A DNA stretch of 64,000 bases from an uncultured Candidatus Saccharibacteria bacterium (lineage in GTDB: Bacteria; Patescibacteriota; Minisyncoccia; Phycocordibacterales; Phycocordibacteraceae), in the NCBI GenBank assembly GCA_964652615.1, contig CAZZAT010000001.1, positions 8,070 to 72,069 on the forward strand. Reading direction: 5' to 3'. The notes beneath the pieces are model-generated. The model made no database searches, had not been told where the DNA came from, and saw nothing but the letters and a program-made list of their open reading frames with translations. A program made the translations under genes and the position numbers. How positions within the stretch are numbered: position 1 is the first letter of the stretch; each line of letters starts with the position of its first letter. This document shows positions 29,000 to 37,238 of this stretch, piece after piece.

Positions 29000-29941
29000 C
29001 TAAACGCTAAAGTTCTTTACTGAATAAAGGTCTTCTTCGGCAGGCGCATCGCTTGTGGTATCGATACCGGTTGCTTCTTCAAGTTTTTCCTCTGCTTCTG
29101 CTGTCTTTGCGCTAGCTTCTGCAGCAAGAGCAGCAACAATGTTTGAGAGGTCTTCAGGAGAGAAGAATTCAATAAGGACACGACCGCCGTTTGGCCTATT
29201 CTCAATTAAGACGCGGGTGCCAAGCGTTTCGGTAAGCGACTTCTCGATATCCATCATCTCCGGAGTCTTGTCGTGCTTTCGAATCTTATCCTGCGCAATG
29301 CGGCGTACCATCTGCTCCACATGGCGCACTGTAGTCTTTTTAAGAAGAATTTCCTTAAACAAGGTCTCTTGTTCCTGTGGACGGTCCGAAAGCATAAGGA
29401 GAGCTCTCGCGTGTCCTTCGGTAAGCTCCTTCCCTACAACCGCATTTTGTACCGCTTCAGGAAGCAGAAGGAGGCGTATTGAGTTTGAGACGAACTCACG
29501 GCTTCTGCCCACCTTTGCCGCTACCTCGGAGTGAGAGAGGCCGAATTCATCAACGAGCTGTTTCAAAGATTTTGCACGATCGATGGCGTTCAGGTCTTCA
29601 CGCTGAAGGTTTTCGATAAGTGCGAGCTCAAGCTTGGTGCGATCATCTGCAACTTCTTGGCGAATGACGACAGGAACAGTCTTAAGACCGATAAGTTTTG
29701 AAGCGCGCAAGCGGCGCTCACCGGCAATAAGTTCATACGAGCTTCCAAGACCTCCGTCTGCTCGTTCAACATCCTTGCGCGTGACGACAAGCGGCTGCAA
29801 GACGCCGTACTGGCGTATCGATTCAGCAAGAGCTTTCAGTGCCTCTTCGTTAAACTCTCTTCGGGGCTGGTACGGGTTCGGTACTATCTTCTCTACTTCG
29901 ACCCAGTACACCGAGTCGTATTTTGTCGTGTCATTCTGCAT
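29000..29941 (-). CDS. parB: Chromosome partitioning protein ParB/Spo0J
   Basis: ParB box VVEVEKIVPNPYQPRREFNEEALKALAESIRQYGVLQPLVV and HTH. No parA next to it. Confidence 0.8.
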   Translation of the reverse strand: MQNDTTKYDSVYWVEVEKIVPNPYQPRREFNEEALKALAESIRQYGVLQPLVVTRKDVERADGGLGSSYELIAGERRLRASKLIGLKTVPVVIRQEVADDRTKLELALIENLQREDLNAIDRAKSLKQLVDEFGLSHSEVAAKVGRSREFVSNSIRLLLLPEAVQNAVVGKELTEGHARALLMLSDRPQEQETLFKEILLKKTTVRHVEQMVRRIAQDKIRKHDKTPEMMDIEKSLTETLGTRVLIENRPNGGRVLIEFFSPEDLSNIVAALAAEASAKTAEAEEKLEEATGIDTTSDAPAEEDLYSVKNFSV

Positions 29942-30042
29942 GATGCGGGCATTTTACCACGCGCTGTTTAAGTTGTAGGAATCAGGGGGGTGAAAACTTG
30001 TGTATGTAGTGTTAATATCCCACTTGCTGGGGAAGGTACAAT

Positions 30043-30128
30043 GCCGCGGTGATGAAATTGGTAGACATAGGGGTCTCAAAATCCCCTGCTGGAAACGGCG
30101 TGCGGGTTCGAGTCCCGCCTGCGGCACC
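30043..30128 (+). tRNA. tRNA-Leu (anticodon CAA), class II with long variable arm
   Basis: Acceptor GCCGCGG/CUGCGGC, D-arm with AAUUGGUAGAC, anticodon loop CUCAAAA (CAA), variable arm GCUGGAAACGGCGU, T-arm GCGGG-UUCGAGU-CCCGC, discriminator A, and CC encoded. Confidence 0.8.
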
Positions 30129-30129
30129 T

Positions 30130-30705
30130 ATTGAATCTGAAAGAGCCGAGAGGCTTGCGTATATAGTTGGAGTTGCTCTCGGCGATGGAAATCTTTCTTG
30201 TCCAAACGGCAGGGCCACGCGTCTGCGAATTACTTGTGATACAAAATATCCAAGACTTGGAAGGGAGATTAGAAAATCACTATTGTTCCTTCTACCTCGC
30301 AACAAAGTCTCTATCGTTTTAAGAAACGGATCCAATTGTTTTGATATCAGCGTATATTCGAATCAATTGAATCTATGGATGCCATGGCGAGTGGGTCTTG
30401 GATCAAAAATAAAGCAAAAAGCACGCGTCCCTGCATGGGTATGGACCAGCCCGTTATATATGAAAGCGTGCTTAAAGGGCCTTATACAAACAGATGGTTG
30501 TATATATGTAGACCGCGGGTATCCAATGATTAACTTCACAAATCACTGTCGTGAATTGGCGGAAGATGTAAGAGACATGTTACTTCAACTCAATTTTAGA
30601 GCTTCATTCATGCAGTTTCGCGTATCTACTGGCATACGCTATACCGTCAAGATTGCTCGAGAGACAGCTAGATTCAAACGTGAGTTGCGTCTATACAAGG
30701 CATAA
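30130..30705 (+). CDS. Double-motif LAGLIDADG homing endonuclease
   Basis: Two LAGLIDADG motifs, LAYIVGVALGDGNL and LKGLIQTDGCIYV, about 100 aa apart. The frame is continuous with the 3' end of tRNA-Leu, and the only in-frame ATG (30049) lies inside the tRNA D-arm. Confidence 0.7.
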   Translation: MESERAERLAYIVGVALGDGNLSCPNGRATRLRITCDTKYPRLGREIRKSLLFLLPRNKVSIVLRNGSNCFDISVYSNQLNLWMPWRVGLGSKIKQKARVPAWVWTSPLYMKACLKGLIQTDGCIYVDRGYPMINFTNHCRELAEDVRDMLLQLNFRASFMQFRVSTGIRYTVKIARETARFKRELRLYKA

Positions 30706-30775
30706 ACATTGATTTGACTCTCCCCTCTCCCCAAAGTAGAGTCCTTCTCGGACTCATAACAGAGGAGAGTTCTTA

Positions 30776-31474
30776 ATGTCAGGTACAGACACTTGGATGG
30801 TGCGCGCCCACGAGCGTGCAGCAGAGCTTGAGCGTCGCGGTGCTTATTGGCGCCATGACGGAAATCCTAAGCGCCCCTATGTGCGTCTTCGTTCAGGCCT
30901 CATTTCAGATGGCTACTTCAATGGGGGCGTCATTTCGGAAAGTCCTGCCCTTGTGCAATTTATCGCCCGCGAACTCGTGCAGGAATTTGTAGAGCGCAGA
31001 GGCATGACTAAGGTGCCAAACCGAATCATTGGTCCTGCTATGGGCGCAATTACGTTCGCGCACGAAATCGCATCGCAACTTGATGCGTACTTCATGCTCG
31101 ACGGCAACGTGCGCATGTCGTTTGCGGAAAAAGAAGGCGATAGGTTTGCTTTCAAACGCAACCCGCCGCGCGATGGTGAGCGATTCCTCTTTGTCGAGGA
31201 TACGATAACAACTGCAGGCAGTGTGAACAAAGTTATCGATGCTACGGTCGCCTGTGTACACGGGCACGAGCGTGAGCCGTATCTCATTGTTCTCTGCAAC
31301 CGAACAGGCGAATACGAGCTGTCCGACGGAACTGAAATCGTCTCATACGTTGAGGGCGACTTCCGCACGTGGAAGGAGGGCGAAAACCCCTTCACTCCTG
31401 ACGGAAAAGAGCTCGTTGCTGTTGTTGAGAATGCTAAAGAGAATTGGCAGCTCTTGACCAAAGACTATACCTAA
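30776..31474 (+). CDS. pyrE: Orotate phosphoribosyltransferase-like (type I PRTase)
   Basis: PRPP-binding motif FLFVEDTITTAGSV and an N-terminal LRSGLISDGYFN hood region. Confidence 0.6.
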   Translation: MSGTDTWMVRAHERAAELERRGAYWRHDGNPKRPYVRLRSGLISDGYFNGGVISESPALVQFIARELVQEFVERRGMTKVPNRIIGPAMGAITFAHEIASQLDAYFMLDGNVRMSFAEKEGDRFAFKRNPPRDGERFLFVEDTITTAGSVNKVIDATVACVHGHEREPYLIVLCNRTGEYELSDGTEIVSYVEGDFRTWKEGENPFTPDGKELVAVVENAKENWQLLTKDYT

Positions 31475-31512
31475 AGAAACGCCCCCGACCTATTGGCCGG
31501 GGGCGCGCTTTG

Positions 31513-32451
31513 TTATTCGTCCTTCACGATGGGAACCATCGCGTCATGGTACATGAGCGCAGCTGCTTCCACATCCGCAAGCCATGTTTCAGGATTCTTG
31601 GACGCTTCTGCAATGCCGCGGCCCACATTCACAACCCACGGCGCCTTATGATGGGCGCGCATGGCTTTCACGACGAGCTCGAGATCGCCGCCTTGTGCGC
31701 CCACGCCAGGAATGAGGAAAGGTGCTTTTGACGCCATGAAGGAAAGGTTCTCGAGCATTGTAGTGTTCGTTGCTCCGACGACGAGGCCGTGGCCCATGAG
31801 TTGAGCTTTGGAACCAACATAGTCGGAAAGCAATGTGTCGTTTCCAACCAGAAGCGATTGAAGCTCGTTAGCGCCTTCATTTGAAGTCCGCCCGAGCACA
31901 AAGCAGTCGATGTCGAGCTTGTTGAATTCTCTCGTCACGTCCGCGATACCCATGTACGGATTAACTGTCACGATATCTGCGCCGAGTTTCTTCGCAAATT
32001 CTGCAGAGCGCTTCGAAGTATTGCCGATGTCGCCGTACTTCCGGTCGAGGATAATAACCGCATCCGGAAAGTCGGAACGCGCGCGTTCAATGAGCGCCTT
32101 CAAGGAAACGAGAAGTTCGAAGTTGTATTCCAGGGTACACCAGAATTCGAAATTAAACTTGAACGCCGCAGCGTAGCGGCCAGTGCGGCGAATGACGCTG
32201 CCCATATACGGAATCGCATAGTCGGCGTCGCTTATGAGACGGTCGGAGAGACCGTAGCCTTGCGAGCCGTTGATGACGGTTCTTGCATGCGAGAAGTCGG
32301 GATCAAGCCCGACGCACAGATGCCTGCCTGCCTTATTCGCGGCCGCAAGCTTTTCAAACCCTTTTCCCATGTGCTGTTCTCCTAAAAGGACTACCGTGTC
32401 CGCCCCCGATACTACGGCAAAGCTCTCAATTGTGCTAGCCTTGATGCCCAT
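31513..32451 (-). CDS. pyrF: Orotidine 5'-phosphate decarboxylase (long type 2)
   Basis: LCVGLDPD and ILDRKYGDIGNT (the DxKxxDIxNT motif). Start at MGIKAST (32451); the track ORF adds 103 aa overlapping miaA. Confidence 0.7.
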   Translation of the reverse strand: MGIKASTIESFAVVSGADTVVLLGEQHMGKGFEKLAAANKAGRHLCVGLDPDFSHARTVINGSQGYGLSDRLISDADYAIPYMGSVIRRTGRYAAAFKFNFEFWCTLEYNFELLVSLKALIERARSDFPDAVIILDRKYGDIGNTSKRSAEFAKKLGADIVTVNPYMGIADVTREFNKLDIDCFVLGRTSNEGANELQSLLVGNDTLLSDYVGSKAQLMGHGLVVGATNTTMLENLSFMASKAPFLIPGVGAQGGDLELVVKAMRAHHKAPWVVNVGRGIAEASKNPETWLADVEAAALMYHDAMVPIVKDE

Positions 32452-33277
32452 GAAGGAGAAGCTCAAAATCCTCTGTATCGCAGGACCCACCGCCTCCGGG
32501 AAGACGGCGCGTGCGGTTTTACGCGCAAAGGAACGTAACGGAGAAATTATCTCTGTTGATTCAAGGCAAGTGTACGAGATGCTTGATATCGGCAGCGAAA
32601 AGATATCTCCCGAAGAGATGCAAGGAGTCCCCCACCACCTCATTGGTTTTAAGGACCCCAGAGAGGCATATAGCGCAGGCGACTTCGTGCAGGACGCTTC
32701 ACGGCTCATCAAGGAGATATCCTCACGCGGCAAGCTCCCTATCCTTGCCGGGGGCACGCATTTCTATTTCGATGCTCTCTTGCACGGCCTCCCCCCAGAA
32801 TCTCCGGACGATCCTGTACTTCGAAAAGAATTTGAGAAGCTCTCAACCGAAGAATTGTTTGCCCGTATCAAAGCAAAAGATCCACGACGTGCAGAGACGC
32901 TTGATCCGCACAACCGCCGCCGCCTCATACGCGCCCTCGAGCTCGTATACACGCATGGTAGTGTCCCGCTTCGATCTCCGAAGGAGGAATACGACGTCAC
33001 ATGGGAAATACTCCTTCCAGAACGGGAGGAACTTCGACAGCGCATCAAGGAGCGCGAAGCATTGAAGTTCCCTCGCGGGCTCATAGACGAAGTGCGCCGC
33101 GTGCGTGCGTACGTAGGAGACGAGCGCCTTAATGAGCTCGGCCTTGAGTATCGAATTGTGGGCGAATACTTACGAGGAGAACGAAGTGAAGAATCGATGC
33201 TTCCTGCGCTTAATGCAAAACTCTTTCAGTACGCACGAAGACAGGAGGCGTGGCTACGGAAGTTGCAAAAAGGTTAG
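32450..33277 (+). CDS. miaA: tRNA dimethylallyltransferase
   Basis: ILCIAGPTASGKT P-loop and DSRQVY motif. Start at MKEKLKIL (32450) or MPMKEK (32444), divergently overlapping the pyrF start. Confidence 0.8.
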   Translation: MKEKLKILCIAGPTASGKTARAVLRAKERNGEIISVDSRQVYEMLDIGSEKISPEEMQGVPHHLIGFKDPREAYSAGDFVQDASRLIKEISSRGKLPILAGGTHFYFDALLHGLPPESPDDPVLRKEFEKLSTEELFARIKAKDPRRAETLDPHNRRRLIRALELVYTHGSVPLRSPKEEYDVTWEILLPEREELRQRIKEREALKFPRGLIDEVRRVRAYVGDERLNELGLEYRIVGEYLRGERSEESMLPALNAKLFQYARRQEAWLRKLQKG

Positions 33278-34452
33278 CGGTAAATTGAGAAGTGATTTCC
33301 TGTTATATGGGAATACGCAGGTTCAGAACTGCAATGAGCCTCAACACCTAACGCCTTTACAGCATCTCTAAGGTTGCAGTCTGTAGTTTCAAAAACCGCA
33401 CGCATGCCAGAGAAAGAGTTCCCGAAAGCTGCAATTTGTGCAGCAGTAGGATTTGCCGTCCGTATAGCAACATCGACACAAGTACCGTTTCCATGACACG
33501 CATTGCTATGGTTCACTGTTGGCGGCCACATTTCAGTAATCTGCCAACTCATGTTTGTCTCTACGTCTTGAAGCTCTGCAAGCAAATCTCTATGAATCAT
33601 GCAGTCTGATACTGGAGTAGCTAGAACAGGACTGGTCTGCGGATCACATCCGCCGTTAACATTGCATCCCGCTCCGCTATTGCATGATGTTCCGGAACCC
33701 TTGCGCGGCACGCCAGTAACAACCGTACAATTAGCGCATGTGATTCCCTGTCCTGTAGCTTGTCCGGAAGGGACTCTACAGCGAGTTGGAAGAATTCTGC
33801 TTTCAGTCGTATTGTCTTCGTAGCGTATAGAAAGAGCCACACCTTCTGTTGCTCCTATGGGAGTACCTATTTCAGTCACGGTTCCGCGCGTATAGGTATT
33901 CTCTCCAAGCTTCATACACTCAACTGCATCACCTACATCAAAGTCACCAGTGCCAGTGCCCGTTCCGGTCCCTGTACCTGTCCCCGTACCTACAGGCGCT
34001 TCAACTGGTGCCTGCTCCTCTATACACTTCTTACCACTATTTTCATTCAAAATAGAGTTCCAAGGACCAAAGCTTCCCGCATCCTCGTTATACAGAGCCT
34101 TCATCACGAAATCAACGATAAGCCATGCGGAAAGCGCAATCACGAACCCTATGACCGCATTTGTGAGTATTGCACGCGCCTGTTCCTTCCCTTTCGGATT
34201 GATGGAGCTCGCCATGAAAAGTGCACCAGCGTATGCCGCTACCAAAACAAAGAAGATGGTAGCGAGAGAGATGCCAAGATTGATGATGTTCTGAACCGTC
34301 TGAAGAACGCATCCCCAGTCAGGGGCAGATTCTCGACACACACATTCTCCGCTGATTATAGGACCGAAGAAATTCGCGGTAGCGGCATATGCTGCTAAAG
34401 GGACGAATGTAAGAAAACCTGCAAGGACAGAAAGGAGGAGTGCTCGACGCAT
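33274..34452 (-). CDS. Fusion protein: N-terminal pilin-like two-TM domain, (Thr-Gly)7 linker, C-terminal Cys-rich domain
   Basis: A signal peptide is followed by a Cys pair and then IINLGISLATIFFVLVAAYAGALFMASSINPKGKEQARAILTNAVIGFVIALSAWLIVDF, which resembles the pilin-like segments at 44593-46597. Then comes TGTGTGTGTGTGTG, and then a ~220 aa domain with about 16 Cys. Confidence 0.5.
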   Translation of the reverse strand: MRRALLLSVLAGFLTFVPLAAYAATANFFGPIISGECVCRESAPDWGCVLQTVQNIINLGISLATIFFVLVAAYAGALFMASSINPKGKEQARAILTNAVIGFVIALSAWLIVDFVMKALYNEDAGSFGPWNSILNENSGKKCIEEQAPVEAPVGTGTGTGTGTGTGTGDFDVGDAVECMKLGENTYTRGTVTEIGTPIGATEGVALSIRYEDNTTESRILPTRCRVPSGQATGQGITCANCTVVTGVPRKGSGTSCNSGAGCNVNGGCDPQTSPVLATPVSDCMIHRDLLAELQDVETNMSWQITEMWPPTVNHSNACHGNGTCVDVAIRTANPTAAQIAAFGNSFSGMRAVFETTDCNLRDAVKALGVEAHCSSEPAYSHITGNHFSIYR

Positions 34453-34547
34453 ACGGATAGTATATAAGGCTTTACGAGGCCAGGCGTCGCTTTCCCCAGA
34501 CCTCCATTTCTGCTATCGTACTGCTACGAAGAGGCCCTGCCTCTTTC

Positions 34548-34618
34548 GGGTCCATAGTTTAATGGTAGAACGAAGGCCTCCAAATCCTTTGGTCGAGGTT
34601 CGATTCCTCGTGGGCCCG
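34548..34618 (+). tRNA. tRNA-Trp (anticodon CCA)
   Basis: Acceptor GGGUCCA/UGGGCCC (one G-U pair), anticodon loop CUCCAAA (CCA), T-arm CGAGG-UUCGAUU-CCUCG, discriminator G. CCA is not encoded. Confidence 0.7.
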
Positions 34619-34659
34619 CTTTAAAAGTTAAGGCTCCGGATTTCTCCGGAGCCTTGGCT

Positions 34660-35502
34660 TTAGTTTTTAGAGCGGAGTTTCTGAAGCGCAGATTCGTGTT
34701 CGGCAATTTGCCTGCTCCGTTCCTGCTCTTCCTTTCTCTTCTCCAGCTCACGATATGCAGCGCGCGCCAAGATTAAAGCTTGCGCCGATCCGTGCCCTTT
34801 CAGCAATCCATGCTCTACTGAGCCGAACTGATCGACCAAGAGAACTTCGAGTTTGCACAAAGCCTCTGGGTCAAAACTGTCCCAAGCACTAGTGCATTCC
34901 CAGCGGTCGATAGCGAAAGAACCTTTGTTGGGTTCGGGAATCAGCGTCATCACTTTGTCGTGATGATGCAGGACCTCAAGCGCGTTTTGTCTTCCGAAGA
35001 TTGGCACGTACGCGTACGGGCCATCGTCATCAGACTGAACATATACCTTCAACGGCCCCTGATGACCCCAAGCATATTTGCACAGCGATTGAAGAAAGTC
35101 TCGGATTGGTTCCGCCGGATAGCCGGAGCCCCACAACACGTTCCCGGGAGTACGGACAAACTTAATGACCGCACGCACCGTCTCTGTGTCGTAGGTGTTC
35201 TTCAGATGACTGACATCAATCCTCTTAAAGAAGTGGTCGGCGAGGACCCGTACTGCCTTATGCCGCACCTGGTCTTGAGGTTCGTAGGTCTGCACCCATC
35301 CTTCTGCAAGTCCAAGGAGGAAGCGTATTCTTTCACCGCTTTCTTTCTTGAGCTCTTTTACGTCCTCAGTCGGGAGCGTAGCAGAGAAGACGTGGTGTAG
35401 AAGGCCAAGCGCCGTCGGAATGTCCCGAACAGCAACCCAACGCTTCTTCCAAGTCTGCCAGGAAATCGCGGGAGCAAGCTCACGCTGTTTCTCGGTAGTC
35501 AT
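34660..35502 (-). CDS. Hypothetical protein (281 aa), first gene of the tRNA-Trp-adjacent cassette
   Basis: Start at MTTEKQRE (35502). Upstream on its own strand lie the 26 bp repeat and TTGACC-16nt-TATATA. No known motif. Confidence 0.45.
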   Translation of the reverse strand: MTTEKQRELAPAISWQTWKKRWVAVRDIPTALGLLHHVFSATLPTEDVKELKKESGERIRFLLGLAEGWVQTYEPQDQVRHKAVRVLADHFFKRIDVSHLKNTYDTETVRAVIKFVRTPGNVLWGSGYPAEPIRDFLQSLCKYAWGHQGPLKVYVQSDDDGPYAYVPIFGRQNALEVLHHHDKVMTLIPEPNKGSFAIDRWECTSAWDSFDPEALCKLEVLLVDQFGSVEHGLLKGHGSAQALILARAAYRELEKRKEEQERSRQIAEHESALQKLRSKN

Positions 35503-35588
35503 GGTATTTCCCTTTCTCTTGCCCTGTTTTTGGGCTCTATAGGAACACATTTGTTCCGAGACGACTATATACCCCCTTATTCAAATCG

Positions 35589-35614
35589 GTCAATTCCGTT
35601 CGAATAGCGTCCCA
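35589..35614 (+). repeat. 26 bp direct repeat copy 1 (GTCAATTCCGTTCGAATAGCGTCCCA); promoter-associated box
   Basis: Identical 26-mer at 36189-36214, exactly 600 bp away. The next 10 nt (TGGGCCCGCT, 35616-35625) match the 3' end of tRNA-Trp. Read on the minus strand it gives TGGGACGCTATTCGAACGGAATTGAC, which shares TGGGACG.T.TT.GAAC with the 5-copy motif. Confidence 0.5.
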
Positions 35615-35673
35615 TTGGGCCCGCTAAGCAGAAAAAGAAAGTGGCTAACCTTTCGATTAGCCACTCACGAAGT

Positions 35674-36099
35674 TTATTCGGTGCTTGTTGGAAGCAATTT
35701 GCTCCACGCGTCAGCCTGACTTCTAATTTTTGCAGAATGCCCCCTGATTGCAGGCAGGATGTGAATCAGTGCCTTTTCGCACAGGAAAGCAGCGATTTGT
35801 TCGGGATCTTTTTCAATTTCTTTTATTCTTCGACCGAAATCAATATGCGCTTTGATTTCAAGCTTCTGGTCTTGAGAGTACATGGAAAGGACGAAGTGGA
35901 CATCGTACACAACGTAATTGGGATCCGACCATGTCCAAGGATCCACTCGCATAATCTCGATGCGGCTTGCGATAGGCCCAAGAAGTTCCATGAGCCTGAC
36001 CCAACCTATTGCGAAACCAGAAATTTGAGCTTCACTCAATTTCGACGAGTTATTACGATTCCGAGATTGCGCCCAATTTGGCATGCTGAACTTTGTCAT
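35674..36099 (-). CDS. Hypothetical protein (141 aa), second cassette gene
   Basis: ATG at 36099 with AAGGAG at -9. Upstream on its strand are repeat copy 2, a perfect palindrome GGCGTTTGAAACGCC, and a stem-loop. Confidence 0.45.
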   Translation of the reverse strand: MTKFSMPNWAQSRNRNNSSKLSEAQISGFAIGWVRLMELLGPIASRIEIMRVDPWTWSDPNYVVYDVHFVLSMYSQDQKLEIKAHIDFGRRIKEIEKDPEQIAAFLCEKALIHILPAIRGHSAKIRSQADAWSKLLPTSTE

Positions 36100-36188
36100 A
36101 GAACGTACTCCTTGGCGTTTCAAACGCCTCTCATTCCTGCCCTACTTTCAGGACAGGTAGCTGCACTCTGCTCTTCCTATCTAGATTA

Positions 36189-36214
36189 GTCAATTCCGTT
36201 CGAATAGCGTCCCA
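36189..36214 (+). repeat. 26 bp direct repeat copy 2
   Basis: Identical to 35589-35614. Confidence 0.5.
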
Positions 36215-36300
36215 ACGGGGATGCATTAACTTTCCCCCACTACTAATTTATGTGTACGAAAAGGGCGCGGAGTGTTCTCCGCGCCCTCAAGTCATTTAGA

Positions 36301-36939
36301 TTAGCCACTGGTCTTAGGAGCCTCGGCTCTTTCTTTTCGCTCTCGCTCCCTCATCCATTCAGGCTCATTCGCCCGCGCGATGGCGCCGTATCCTTTGCCG
36401 GCGACTTTGCGGGCGTTGTCGAACATGAAGTCCCACAAGTTCCGGATCAAATCAGTGAAGATCCACGCAAGCAAGCTCCATGGCCAATGAAAGATCCACT
36501 TCATGATGAGCGAGACGCGCGAACCGTAGCCACTCAAGCGATTCTCGTATTCCCTGTCTTTCGCCCGTTCAGACGAGTCGTACTTCAGCCGCTCATTCAT
36601 ACGCTTGCGGTATTCGCGCGCATAGAAGTAAAAGCGGATGTTGCTGTAGACGTACCCGACAAAGATATAGCCGAGAACGTATGCCCAAAGATGCAGCGCT
36701 GTGCCCCAGAAGTCGTCGGTAATGAGCGAGCGAGCATCAAAAGGAGTGAAAAAATGCAGCACTGCGACCGTGAGAATCATGAAGAGCAGCGTCCGCCAGA
36801 AGCGGTAGCGCCACCGTTCACTTTCGTAGATGTCGTAGCCCCAGAAGAAGACGGGGAATCCTGAAAAGAACAGGAGGGTCCCGAAGAGGACGTAGGGAGT
36901 GGTGAGCCACCCCGTTACGAGTCCTGCAAGGAATTCCAT
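36301..36939 (-). CDS. Integral membrane hypothetical protein (212 aa), Trp/Tyr/Phe-rich
   Basis: Five or six hydrophobic segments; charged C-terminal tail. Confidence 0.45.
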   Translation of the reverse strand: MEFLAGLVTGWLTTPYVLFGTLLFFSGFPVFFWGYDIYESERWRYRFWRTLLFMILTVAVLHFFTPFDARSLITDDFWGTALHLWAYVLGYIFVGYVYSNIRFYFYAREYRKRMNERLKYDSSERAKDREYENRLSGYGSRVSLIMKWIFHWPWSLLAWIFTDLIRNLWDFMFDNARKVAGKGYGAIARANEPEWMRERERKERAEAPKTSG

Positions 36940-37042
36940 GACTTTTCTCCTTTATGAGAAGACCACTATTGGTCGGTATGAGATTGCCTTTTCAACCTGC
37001 TCCTGTCAACTAAGAAAAACCCCGCTCTTTGCGGGGCTTCTC

Positions 37043-37198
37043 TTACTTCTTCGCTTCCTTGAATACTTCCCTCTTGCGGGTGACCGGATCAAACTTCTTA
37101 TACTCAAGCTTGCGCTCTACTTTCTTCTTATTCTTGCGCGTGAAGTACACCGTATCCGACTTGGTCGACTTCAACTTGATGAGGTGGTCTTGAGACAT
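37043..37198 (-). CDS. rpmG: 50S ribosomal protein L33
   Basis: 51 aa, MSQDHLIKLKSTKSDTVYFTRKNKKKVERKLEYKKFDPVTRKREVFKEAKK, with the bL33 pattern (YxTxKNK...KLExKKFDPVxRKHVxxKE). Missed by the ORF track (<60 aa). Terminator hairpin CCCCGCAAAGAGCGGGG plus T-run at ~37015-37040 on its strand. Confidence 0.8.
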   Translation of the reverse strand: MSQDHLIKLKSTKSDTVYFTRKNKKKVERKLEYKKFDPVTRKREVFKEAKK

Positions 37199-37238
37199 AT
37201 GTAGGGAAGACTGTACCAGAAAGGCTGTATTTGGGCAA

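Noticed and set aside
33950-33995. (GT)n-like DNA tract as a possible microsatellite or CRISPR-like repeat
   Set aside because: It is in-frame coding sequence for a (Thr-Gly)7 linker with imperfect codon repeats. No spacer/repeat periodicity, and no CRISPR arrays anywhere in the window.
34524-34751. 75 aa minus-strand ORF across tRNA-Trp
   Set aside because: It overlaps the tRNA gene completely; GC-rich antisense artefact.
35589-36214. Exact 600 bp spacing of the two 26 bp boxes as evidence of a tandem duplication
   Set aside because: The intervening and following genes differ in length and sequence, and only the 26-mer plus a few flanking bases are shared. The spacing is likely coincidental, and the boxes are better explained as regulatory sites.
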